Source: Leucoraja ocellata (Eukaryota). Taken from it: a DNA stretch of 60,978 nt. Positions 34,681 to 46,489 of the stretch are shown piece after piece (position 1 is the first letter of the stretch; each line of letters opens with the position of its first letter). The notes beneath the pieces are model-generated. The model saw only the letters and a list, made by a program, of their open reading frames with translations. It searched no databases and was not told where the DNA came from. The translations under genes were made by a program, and so were the position numbers. The stretch spans positions 1,054,001-1,114,978 of the forward strand of contig JAWMAR010000578.1 in the NCBI GenBank assembly GCA_036785375.1. The letters are read 5' to 3'.

Positions 34681-37600
34681 CTATTAGAAAGTGACATTCA
34701 ACACAGTTAGCAGAGTGTCTGATGTGGTTCTTTAAAGAGTGAGTCTGGAAATTTCCCTTTAAAATAGCTGCAGAAAAATTCAAATATTTGGGAATTGAAA
34801 TTACTAGAAATTGCCAGGATATGTTTAAAGCCAATTATAATCCCTTACTCAAGAAATTGAATAATCTGATTAAATTCTGGAAAACACTTCCGATGTCCTT
34901 AATAGGCAGAATAAATGCTATTAAAATTATTTTCTTACCACAAATCCTATACCTATTTCAATCAATACCTATATATCTCCCAAAAAAGTTTTTCAAAAAA
35001 TTGGACTCAGACATTACAAATTTTATATGGGATTATAAATCCCATAGAATACAAATAGCACATCTTAATAAATGAAAAGAGTTGGGGGGTCTAGCGCTCC
35101 CTAATTTTATGTATTATAATTGGGCAGTAAATATTAAAAATATGAATCACCTGCTGGACAATTCTGCCCAGCAGGCGGATTGGATGGTAATGGAAAAAGG
35201 GGACTGCTCCCCGAGTAATATAGGAGCGACTATCCTCTCACCAATAAATTTGAATAATAAAAATTATAATAAAAATCCAATTATACATAACACAATTAGA
35301 ACATGGAAACAAATAAAACAGAATTTAAAATTAAGAAACCTATCTATTTTAATACCAATAGTCAATAATCCATCGTTTAAACCATCAATCATAGACAAAT
35401 CATTATACAATGGGAAAGAATGGGAATCAAAACGCTCGAAGATCTGTATGAATTGGGGAAATTACTATCATTTCAACAACTACAACTGAAATATAATTTG
35501 AAAAATAACCAATATTTTAAATATCTTCAAATTCGTGATTATCTGAAAAAACACACAAAAGACTATCATAATATGCCTCCCGACTTATTGGATGAAGCAA
35601 TGAAGACAAAGGCGGAATCAGCTAATCTAATATCGTACCTATATAATATCATTTTAAATATAGAAATACCCACAACAGATGGAATTAGAAGAGATTGGGA
35701 ACAAGAATTAGCAATACAAATTTCAAAAGAGAGCTGGTATAATCATTTACTACAGGTGCATAAATGTTCGATCAACGTACGACATACGCTCATCCAATTC
35801 AAAACATTACATAGATTATATTATTCAAAAAATAAATTAAATAAAATCTTCCCTAATGTTTCACCAATCTGTGATAAATGCCTGTGTCAAGAAGCTACCA
35901 TAGCGCACACTTTTGTTTTTTTGTACAAAAATCCAAAAATTCTGGTATGAAATATTTGATATTTTTTCAAAATTAATCAAAATAAAACTGGTACCAAAAG
36001 CAGAATGGATTATTTTTGGAATATCGGAAGGTAACCCTGAGCTAAACGTGTTTCAGAATAATTTATTTAATTACGGGCTGATAATGGGAAAAAAGCTTAT
36101 ACTTAAATTCTGGAAAAATGCGCCCACACCAACAATAAAAATGTGGATATCAAATATGTTTGAAACATTAAATCTGGAAGAGATGAGATTCCTCTTAGCA
36201 GGTAAAGCAGACCAATTCCAAAAGACGCGGTCTACGTTTCTGGACCTATTACATGTATGAGGTGCAATAGTAATTTTAAAAAATAAATAAATAAATAAAT
36301 GGTATCAGGACCTGGTAACCGGAGGTAAAACAACAAAAACAGACTTGGTTGGTAGTCCCCTTTCTGCGGAGTTTAATGTTATAATAGAGCGATTGTTCCT
36401 ATTTTCTTTTTCTTTTTTTCTAGGGTCTACTTTCTCACTTTACTTCCTTATCTAACTTCTTTTCTAAGGGGCTTTCTTTTCCCAACACTCTTGCACTTCA
36501 CGACTCTTGCGCACTTTCTTTACTTTCTTTACTTCTATCTTTTTCTTAAAGCTCAAAAAAAATGAAGCGGTACAAAAAATGTATTAAGATATATGTGTTG
36601 TGTAGTATTGTAATTTACCGTACTTCTAATAAAAATAAAATAAAAAAAGAAATAAAAAAAAAGAAACACAAACATACAGAATGAATGCAAAATCGGGGCA
36701 CGATACCATTTGAACTGCATTCAATTATATTTCTCAGAATGTCATTCTGAGAGCATTCAGTGCCAGTGTTTAACTTGTTTATTAATTTTGTAGCTTGCGA
36801 TTCATTTGGAACTATGAGACTGCAGGTTTAGTCGCTGCGCCCCTTCCAATATTAGAGGTGACAGGCAAAATTGTTTCCTTCTGGCCTGCAATGTTCGAAA
36901 ATTATATGGAATGAAACTGATATATTCTCTGCTGAACGTATAATTTCTGTACTGGTCCATCCCTCTTGGAAACACGAAGAATAGCTTCACCTACCGGTTC
37001 TACGCTATGACTTGCTTCCACGCAGTTTGCATTAATACCTACATGAAAAAAAAGAAATCTCGAATAACATTTTAATGTCAGGAAAATGTAAATTACGCAT
37101 TAGATTATAATCACATCTACTGCCCTTGAAGGCAGCGACAATCCCGTATACGTATCGGAGTATCACCGCCACAGTGTAGTGTGTTGTGCATTACCTTCAT
37201 ATACACCATCCGCGTTAGATCTGCACAACCGGCGGAAGCCAAATAACTCATCCTTCACATTTTGACGTTAAAGCAAATCAACAGTGCGAAAGGGCAGGGG
37301 AAATAATTGTATTTTAACTTACAACTAATAACTAGTATTGCTTTGGATTCTTGTTTCAATACTGCTCAGAATGCACCAACCGCTTTTCTATCAACGGGTG
37401 TGTGAAATGGAAAATTATGCAAGGTTCGTACCTCGTTGTGCCTTTAATACGAATCTTGTCAAAATTATAAGCAGAACTACAAATGACAGTCCGCCCACGA
37501 CACATCCGAGAATTAGAGTTTTGTCCGTGGTTTCTGGGGTCTCTGGAATGGCGAAAAATGAGAACAGTGAAGCATAAATACATACGCAGGGACCGGTAGA

Positions 37601-40122
37601 CAAGAAGGCACAGCAATCGTTCAATATTTTCGGCACAAATATGTTATGACTGCCACATGGCACGCATTGTACGGTAATGACGAATTTATAGAACTGATCG
37701 CATTATACGGCGGCTCTTTGCTGAGGTTTGGTTAGTAAGTTAAGATGAGTATTAATTTTAATTTTACAAAACTACGCCCGGTAGTTTGACAACGGTTTAA
37801 AAAGTCAGAATGCTATATTCTATATTCTGGATCTGACACCCTGGACCCGCCGCCACAGGTTCCAGTAAATATGAAAAGGAACTGGATTTTTGTGTTAGCA
37901 TAACTATCTAATTGTATTTGTAAATAGACACAAAAGAGCTGGAGTAACTCAGCGGGACAGGCAACATCTCTGGAGAGAAGGAATGGGAGACGATTTGGAT
38001 CGAGACCCTTGTTCAGATTGTATTTCTCGGCAGGCTGAAGTCTACGTTAAATGCCTCCCGGCTTACCTTGCTCGACAATGTAGCTGAAACTGGCAGGGGC
38101 TGTAAGAGATACGTGGGATACCAGGCAGGTATAAACAGTTTTGCCTGGCGTAGGCTGCGTATCGTGCAAAAAACTGGAAGCCTCATAAAGTCCATCCGCT
38201 GTTCTGTTTCTCACGGTTTCAATGCCGGTCAAAATCTCCACGTTGTTTCTTTGCCAGATTACGTCTAATTCCACTGGATAAAACGCAGCCGTTTTACACA
38301 CGAGTTGCGGCAAATGCGGTGCACTTCCTTCAATAGCAACAATTTTCAATGGAGTCGGGGGAGCTGGAACAATTTAAAAAAAGCGTGAAGCTGCAAAATA
38401 TATTTTATTTCAATGAACATAATTGTCGCTGAACCGTTGCTGCTGCCTCCTGTTATCCGTGTGGTTGTTTCTTGAGTTTATAATTTTGTTATACATTATT
38501 TTACGGAGGATATCAAGGTAAGTAGTGTAATTGAAACAAAGCATGAATGGAGTGCTGCCTAGCGCGATTATTATGAAGGAATGTGACACGGGTAGGTATT
38601 GCTTGGTAAGATTCCGTGACAGTGCTTTATGTTGAATTCAAAATCACGCATTTCTTCTGAACATTTTCTCTTTCTTATGTGCATATGGTAGTTACAGAAA
38701 ATGGACTGCACTGAATGGCAGAAGTACATCGGCGACAACTGCTTTTCTCGAAAAGCACGCAAGGATGAACGGAGCAAACTCTGTTTCTCATTTCATATAT
38801 TTTATTAACAAGACATTAACGACCATGGTTCCATTTGTGCTGGAGCTACTGTCAGTAATATTTAGCGAGCGGGAGAGTTAATTGTACCTTTTTTTTGTCA
38901 ATTCATTGCGTAATCACCTCGTTTCTGTTTAAGCATATTTATTTTTCCTTCATTTGTGTAATAAAATCTCATTGTACTATAATTATTAATTAATAAAGAT
39001 ATATTACATTTTACTCCCTGTGCCATATAAATGATTACCAAGCAAAGAAATAATATCGGAGAATTTCAGTTGTAGTTCTTTTTTTTTCTTTTTTCATTCC
39101 ATGAACTTTCCTGGAGACAGTGAATGTGAAAACAAAATTATCCACCTCAAAACTGTGAGGTCAATTTCTCCTCCGTTTTTAGTTGATGTGAAAGTTTGTC
39201 GGCGTGGGAAATTTGCAACTTTCTGGAAATTCGGAGTAACGTGAATTTGGTTGGGTATTTGAAAAGCTGGAGATCAAAATATAAAGTGACCTGCCAATTT
39301 ACAAGAGCCATAACCAGGGTAACGTCACTGTGACTTTTTAACATAACCCGGAGTAAATAAAACAAAACTATAACAGAACTCTCGCTGAACGTATATTGAC
39401 CGACTGATGGAATATTTTTCAGTATTTTCCCTTTATTTCAGATTTCCATCTCGGAAGTAACCATTAAAATTATAGAGCTAGTTAAGATTAATATTTCCAC
39501 CACCAGGAAGCTTTAGTAACATTGCAACAGAAGAACATACCCCACTACTCGTAACAAAGACACTTACTTAACACAATTAGCTGGGAGCCAGTTCCATTGC
39601 CGATATGTTTCACTCGACAGTAATACATCCCGAAGTCATCGACACTCACATTCAATAAAGTAAATGTACTCCTTCCCTTGCCTACTTTGAATTGTTTTCT
39701 GTTGTCCGATTCTATAAATGTCTTCTCGCCCTCTCTCCACCATGAAACGGCAGCGGTTTCTTTTAATATCGGAAATTTGCAGAACATGGTCTCATTTCTG
39801 CCCCTGGGGACCTTCAGGATTGCGGGGAATTGTTCCACTTTGCTCGAAGTTGCTTTTGTCAGTGGCAGAAATAAGTAAATATGATGAAAACATTTGTACA
39901 TACAGCACCAAGAAAAAGAGCCAATGGATACACAAATACAAAACAATTAGGAAATAATGGTTAGCCAATTGTAGAAACGTTGTAAATTTAATTTACTGTG
40001 GCATACTAGTGTAAAATATTGTCAAATATGATTTGCTTAGCGAAATCGGTACAGAAACTATGCATACCTTGACAAAGCAAAGCAAGAAGACCCATGTACC
40101 GAACCATTGCTTTCACCGGCAT
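33467..40122 (-). CDS. Gene B: VJ-C1-TM-ITIM Ig-superfamily receptor (paralogue of gene A), 7 coding exons, about 346 aa
   Basis: Exons: leader 40068-40122, V 39568-39852 (acceptor uncertain), C1 38067-38363, TM 37432-37542, cyt1 36995-37038, cyt2 34570-34680, cyt3 33467-33604. Frame is open. Tail motifs: SAYATL, VVYAET, LTYTSL, SMYAGV. Confidence 0.87.
34750..36665 (+). mobile_element. 5'-truncated L1-clade LINE (ORF2 C-terminus, zinc-knuckle region, 3' UTR, poly-A) in a gene B intron, antisense to the gene
   Basis: YLGIEIT...SLIGRINAIK...LPQILYLFQSIP...GGLALPN...CDKC......H..F. A-rich tail at about 36628-36665. Only a few stops and frameshifts. Confidence 0.9.
37432..37542 (-). CDS. Gene B transmembrane exon
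   Basis: ETPETTDKTLILGCVVGGLSFVVLLIILTRFVLKAQR. An alternative in-frame acceptor lies 9 nt downstream. Confidence 0.85.
38067..38363 (-). CDS. Gene B Ig C1-set exon
   Basis: LVCKTAAFYPVELDVIW...VYTCLVSHVSL, bounded by ttccag| and |gtaag. Confidence 0.93.
39568..39852 (-). CDS. Gene B Ig V-type (VJ-joined) exon
   Basis: TMFCKF..VSWWREG..DFGMYYCRVKHIGNGTGSQLIVL. Donor A|gtaagt. Confidence 0.9.
40068..40122 (-). CDS. Gene B leader exon (MPVKAMVRYMGLLALLCQ)
   Basis: 55 nt, from ATG to G|gtatgc, homologous to leaders A and C. Confidence 0.8.
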
Positions 40123-41984
40123 ACTGCAAAATAGAAGGGTGTGCATAAGAAATAGGTTTTCATAGAATGCCTGAAGCGTGTGACACCAACGCCGTAAATC
40201 ACATGACTAAGGCATCGTGATGCATTTTGAGTATATTTATGTTTCAGCGAGTATGATCTAGGAAATATGTTTTCTTCGATTTCCTACTCCAAAATGATTT
40301 CTCTCCCAGCCATTGTAGGTGCACCGCGTTTGGACAACACATATTGAAATCTATTTACCTCTACCTCATTCTCAAATTGAGACTTTGTCCTACCGGAGCA
40401 TAAGATGACAGAGCTGTCAACTATTCAGCCTCGTATATTTCTGTCACAGATTATCCCACCTTGAATGTAGGAGGGTGCGATGACCTTTGAGTTAGTCCCG
40501 CTGCGAATTTCTTTCATTTCAGCCAAAAACTCCAAGCCTCAATTGCAGCATTTAAATGAGATATTGTTGATAAGGATTTGTGATGTTGTTGATAAGGATT
40601 TGATCATCCACTAGATGGCAATTGGGCGGCGTACCATTAAGAGTTTTTCGCTATTGATTCGGATCGCCTAATTCTTCACACAAGGAATTTAGAAAGGGAA
40701 ACCCATAGTCAACTGAATCTTTCATTGCATTCTTTTTCGCTTACAATATATTGTGCATTCCTCTGCTACCTTTCTCCGTGGTACCATATGTGACTATAAG
40801 CAAAAATGTTATAACCTCTTTCCATTGTTAAAATTCAGGAATTAACTAGCTCCTTGCTCCCAAGTATTAATCTGTTACATTCGCAGATATTTGCAACAGC
40901 AACTTTCGCGCAAAGGTATTCAAGGGCCAAATGTGCATTCCAAAACCCGATTAATGAAGAGAAGGGGATCACATCAACAACCAAAAGACGATGCGAGTTT
41001 ATTAAAGTAAAAGCTTGGATTGTTAGAAATAGAATCGATTATCAAAGAAAAGGAGAAATACGTCCAAGACCACAAAAGACTTCAGAGACAAAAAATAGAA
41101 TTCTTTACAGTATGACTGCTAACTTAAAATTGTTGCATTCTTGGAGATTTGAGCACTTGACAACTTGTGATGCCAAATTTTAAAAGAGCAGCATGAGCAA
41201 GGTGTATAGTCCATGGAGTTTGTTCCCGATCAATGCAATGTGCGACGTAACTTTTTAAAAGTTATAATTGTTCCTTTTGGTTATTGCAGGTTCACATTTT
41301 CAACACACAAAGAATAGTTATTATGGTAAGATGAATAACAAAACGTGAATCAAAAAAGGTGACATGTGTGAAGGAACATAAGATGATCAAACGTGTGTGC
41401 AAACGTAAGAACTTTAAAAGAGGGGGGAGTGGGGAGGGGAGAAGAGGGGAGAAGGGGGATACGGGGAGAAGGGGAGAAGGGGGGAGAATGGGGGAGAAGG
41501 AGTGGAGACACTTTTAAGAAGCCATACAACGTTTAATAAGAGATTCACAGATGTGAAGTTCGGCGGGCATTTAACATTACCGGTGGGTTATCTTTAGTTC
41601 TGAAAATTCGTGCTTATGGTTGTTTCCCCCAATGAGCCAATGAAAATGACCGGTCAGCAAAGGCGATTAACTAAGACTTCATACGACTATCTCGACTACC
41701 TACAACTATATGGTGACCCCACTACGACTGCACCGACGACCACAGGATTATCGATTTTCTCCATGGCGACCAATTTTTGGTCGCAGCAACATTTTGTATG
41801 ACAACTTGTTCTATTTGATCTTATTTGATTGTGCACGCTGGGTTGATTGCATTCGTCGAAACAGGGCGGACCACGTGAAGGTTGCAATCTCCCATCCCAA
41901 GGAGACTCACCAGAGACCATCAGCGAATATGTGGCGACCATGTGGTGAGCACAGAGTCTGCTGCACTCGCCAAAAAAAGTCGCC

Positions 41985-42688
41985 TAAAGGGGCAGTCCCA
42001 CTGAGGCGATCTAATCTGCGAGTTTAGAAGAGTTTGCCCTCGACTCAAACTCGCAGCATGGTCGACACGTGGTCCTAGGAGGTCTCTGGAACCATGCCTC
42101 AGTTTGGTCGAGGAAACATTTTCAGCATGTTGAAAAATTGTCTTCGGCATGGTTCCTTTGAACTCGTAGTGCAATGGAATGGGGTCGCTGTGTAGTTGTA
42201 GGCAGTCGAGGGCAGCCATAGGCAATCTCCTTGGCTGACCGGGCAATTTAATTGGCTCATTGGCGTTTTCTGGGCCAAGGAAAACCGACCGGTAGGTTAA
42301 ATGCCCGCTAAACTTGCCTGGCTTCGTAAAAGTGTCTCCACTCCATCTCCACCCCCCCCCCCCCTCTCTCCCCCTCTCTCCCCACCACCTCCCCCCCCCC
42401 CCCCCCGCGCTCGCTAAAGGACTTACCGTACACTGTGCCGTCGTCTTTTACGTTCCTGTTCATCGCGGGTGTGAATTTCAGACTGCGCCCCCCCCCCCCC
42501 CCCGCTTCCCCTGGCCCCCGCTTTTGCAATGTGTGTATGTGCGGTCGGTCGATCCAGCTCGCGGTTTCATCGCTGACGGTCAATCCAGCTCGAGGTTGTT
42601 CAGGGGAGTGCCCTCGAGCTTGAAGGTCGAAGACAGTCGCTGAAAGGTCGCGTTAGTGGGACAGGCCCTCGAGTGGGACAGGCCCTTA
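41985..42688. mobile_element. Harbinger/PIF-like non-autonomous DNA transposon, with an inverted related block at about 41420-41985
   Basis: Termini TAAAGGGGCAGTCCCACT and AGTGGGACAGGCCCTTA are imperfect inverted repeats in a TAA/TTA context. Confidence 0.55.
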
Positions 42689-42779
42689 TGGGACAGACAG
42701 CCTTCCCAGTCTCTCATCATAACTGAAAAATTCATTCCAGGAAAAAATGTTGAAGTATATATTCTCATTTTATTTCTGG

Positions 42780-43530
42780 CCATCATTGATGGCACCGAAG
42801 CAAAAATGGTCGAAAGGATCAAGTGCCTTAGAATAAATATCACCAGCAATTTGGCCTGGACCAGCCACGTCGAAGCTATGGCCAGAAATGCACACGAATA
42901 CCTCTACGTCCTGAGAAGGATTAGGGATTTCGGCATGACATCAATAACCCCCACCAACCTTGACAGAGGCATTGTAAACAACTTTTTTAGGATGTATTAT
43001 AGACGGGGTTGGAAACAGCTCCATCCAAGACCACAAGAAATTGCAAGAAGTTATGGACGTAACTCAGACCATCACACAAACCAACTTCCCATCCATTGAC
43101 TCCATCTACACTCCATCTGCCGCGGCAAGGCCGTCAGGATAATCAAGGACCAGCCTCACACCGGCCATCACTTTTCTCCCCTCTCAAACGAGGCAAGTCT
43201 TACAGAAGTTTCCGACGCATATCTCCAGAATCAGGGACAATTTCCTCCCAGCTGTCATCTGGCAAATGAACGAACGGTCCTCTGATCAGCTAGAGTGCGC
43301 TCCTCATCTACCTCATCCATCTCACATAAGAACTTTTAACCATCTTTCATTGGCCTTTATCTTGCACTCAGTTTTGTATCCGTTACAATTTCTCTGTGCA
43401 TTGTTGACGGCTTGATTATATTCATGTATATTATTTTCTTTGACAGGACAGCACGCACTGAAATGTTTTTCATTGTATTTCGGTAGACGCGACAATAATT
43501 TGCTGAAGTAAACTGAACTAAACACACGAC
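42780..43530 (+). mobile_element. Rex1/Babar-type LINE 3' fragment
   Basis: IDGTEAKMVERIKCLRINITSNLAWTSHV...LYVLRRI. Homologous to 20510-21250. Confidence 0.75.
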
Positions 43531-43544
43531 TTGGAATTGAAACA

Positions 43545-43800
43545 CAGACTTTGCGGAGCAACTTTACAACAATTTGTCACGCCGAAATAAGCTATTACAT
43601 AAATTGCTCAAATCGCCGTTCTGATCTGTAAGGTAAGAAGGCGACATTTTGCTTTTCACCACAAAGTGTTTCCACGACGTCATCAGCAAGTTCGCGAGCG
43701 CAATTCTAGTCTCGGCTATTTGTGAATTTCTTATTAACTCGAGCTGCAGATACATTCGCTTAAAGGGAAAACGGAGACGTGCAGCATAAGACAACAACAT
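43545..43800. promoter_or_regulatory. Conserved upstream element, copy next to gene B
   Basis: ACCACA 43658-43663, TTTCCA 43669-43674, then CGACGTCA. About 250 nt align by eye with the 22.3-22.6 kb copy. Confidence 0.6.
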
Positions 43801-43984
43801 CCAGGCAGATTACTCCGTGTACTCACCAAATATATCAATTTTTGTTTTGAACATACACCTTCTAGTTTTAGACTCCCCTACCATTTGACAAAAGATTTTT
43901 GACTATCTTCCCTGTCTATGAACCTCATAATTCTAGTTTCTTCATTCCACTTCTGTCCCGGAGGCAGAATCAAATTAGCACCAA

Positions 43985-44360
43985 CTTACAAAATTCTTAA
44001 GGGGTTGGACAGGCTAGATGCAGTAAGATTGTTCCCGATGTTGGGGAAGTCCAGAACAAGGGGCCATAGTTTAAGGATCAGGGGGAAGTCTTTTACGACC
44101 GAGATGAGAAAAACATTTTTCACACAGAGAGTGGTGAATCTATGGAATTCTCTGCCGCAGAAGGTAGTTGAGGCCAAGTTCATTGGCTATATTTCAGAGC
44201 GAGTGAGATTTGGCCCTTGTGGTTAAAGGGATCAGGGGGTATGGAGAGAAGGCAGGTACGGGATACTAAGTTGGATGATCAATCATGATCATGTTGAATG
44301 GCGGTGCAGGTTCGAAGGGTCGAATGGCCTACTCCTGCACCTATGTTCTATGTTTCTACA
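43985..44360 (+). mobile_element. CR1 3' end
   Basis: TYKILKGLDRLDA...FFTQRVVNLWNSLP, with a TTCTATG tail. Confidence 0.9.
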
Positions 44361-45203
44361 CGGCCATGGTATCATCAAATCTAATCATGATTATATTAGC
44401 GAATTATCTTTTATTCCACCCATCATCCTCTTCAAAATCTTGGTATTCAGTAGGCTAACACCTTTCTCTATTTCACACTTCTGATCAGGGATCCCTCGTC
44501 TGAAATATTAAACGTTTTTCCCTCCAGTCTGCAGTCTGACTTTCATCTATCCAACCGTTTTTATTTCCTATTTTTACATCGTTTTGTCTCAGTTTCTATT
44601 TCCATGTCTCATGAAAGGTTATAGGCGAACTATTAATTTCCCTATTCGTTTGCAAATGTAGATTATTACAACATTCGTGATGTATAGAGTCAAGTAGAAT
44701 TTATTGACATATGCAGAGGTCTGTACGGTACATGTCCAAATTAAATTTGTATCCACCACATGCACATACCCATTGACACAAACATGGGTGGCTGCAGGAT
44801 GCTATACCCTAAATGGAGGAAAACCTGTGCGTGACTTTGTTTACCGTGGGAGACTGGTGCACAGACAGATCTGGGCCAGGATCCAGTGGCACTAAACAAT
44901 TTTCACAAACATATTATGGAATGAGGTTCACAAACAATTAATGTGTTAATACAGGGCCTTCGTGAAAGAAACAGCTGAAGAGTGACGCTGTTTTTCTGAA
45001 GCGTTATGGGCTGATTAAAAAAATCAGGGCTTATTTTTACTTACCATCAGATACCCTCTACTTTTCAAAGTCGTTCATCATCATGCTGGTGCAACCGAAG
45101 AGCCCCGTGCAAGAGCCTTCCCGTTTTTTTAATGAGCTCATCGGTGACCATCATCCAAACTTTGGAAACTTAACCCTTATACCTGTCACCAGATCAAAGT
45201 CAA

Positions 45204-45650
45204 CTAGACCAAGTGGGGCCCGTTGGGCCCCGTTCCCCCATCGCGATATTCCTTCACTCACCCATAGCTCCCAACTGCGCAGGAGTAGCGGATGCTTTTA
45301 AAGTTTAAAATGGCAATAACGTAAAAAATAAGATCAATGTTTACGCATCTACTCCTCCCTCTTCAGTCGCCTATTCCCTTACTCCATTATCCAGCCTCTC
45401 CCCAGTCTCCACCAACCCCCCTCTGCTTCCTCCCCTCACCCCTCCCTCCCCTCCTCATTCGTCCCCCTCCCCTCCTCCATTACCTCGCCATCCCTCTTCC
45501 TACCCCTACCCTCCTCCCTCCCCCCTCATCTCCCAGCATTCCCGCTGCCTTCTCTTCACCCTCTTTTCTCTCTCCTCTTCCTCTCCCAAATTCCATCCCT
45601 CACCTCTTCTCCCTCTCCTTTCCCCTACCCTCAGCCACTCCCTTCCTCCA
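45204..45650 (-). mobile_element. Helitron-like non-autonomous fragment (3' end)
   Basis: The minus strand ends GGGGCCCAACGGGCCCC (hairpin) ACTTGGT CTAG|T, the canonical Helitron 3' terminus. The adjacent sequence is low complexity. Confidence 0.55.
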
Positions 45651-46489
45651 TAAACTAGTAGAGTGGATAAGGGAGAACTAGTGGAGTGGAGTGGATAAGG
45701 GTGTAACTAGTGGAGCGGATAAGTGGAGTAACTAGTAGAGTGGATAAGGGAGAACCAGTGGATGTCTTATATCTGGGCTTTCAGAAGGCTTTATTTGTAA
45801 CCAGTCGCCCCATCCCAGAAACAACAGTGCTTTAGGAAGAACATTTGTTTTACTTATTTACAAGCATTTACCATACAGTTCGTTGATCCATATCCAGGAA
45901 AATTGTGTGATAATTGCACAAAAGGTATTATTGTCTAAGAAATGTGGTGTGGAATGATAATCCATCTCAGTACTCATTTAGGCAAGTCCCAAGCTATAGA
46001 TACTTCCCCCCCACCCCCAATCCCTCTCGCCCAATCTTCATTGAACCTACCATTTGACCAATATTTTACTCAGCTGCTGTAACGTTTCCTTCCTATCAAA
46101 ATCTCTGTGTAGCATCTCTGTCCCTATCTTCAAATTCCCACTTTGAAATAAACTACCACTTAAAAATTTCGCAGCAGGATCGCTATGTAAATGCAAATAT
46201 ATGGTATCCAAGAAGCATAACTTGAAGCGTTTGCATTTGGAGAAGTTCGACACGGACCAGGAATGAAAATTAATAGTTATGAATAACATATTTCTGCTTC
46301 TACTTTGTAAATTCTTATTTTTTATCTGCAATAGACAAATTCCAACAGTGAGCCTGTCTTTCATCGAAGTTGAAAATGGTCACTTGCTTTCTACCCTCTA
46401 ACAATTATTACTCTAAATTCTGGACGCAACGTGAAACTTTGGGCTTGTACTCAAACAAATAGTCTACCATCTAAACTGTATTTGGATTG

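Noticed and set aside
45337-45770. Pro/Leu/Ser-rich ORF and ACTAGT(A/G)GAGTGGATAAG repeats resembling an array
   Set aside because: A low-complexity pyrimidine tract followed by a short tandem amplification of a CR1 RT fragment (..gataagggagaaccagtggatgt..). There are no unique spacers and the context is eukaryotic, so it is not CRISPR.
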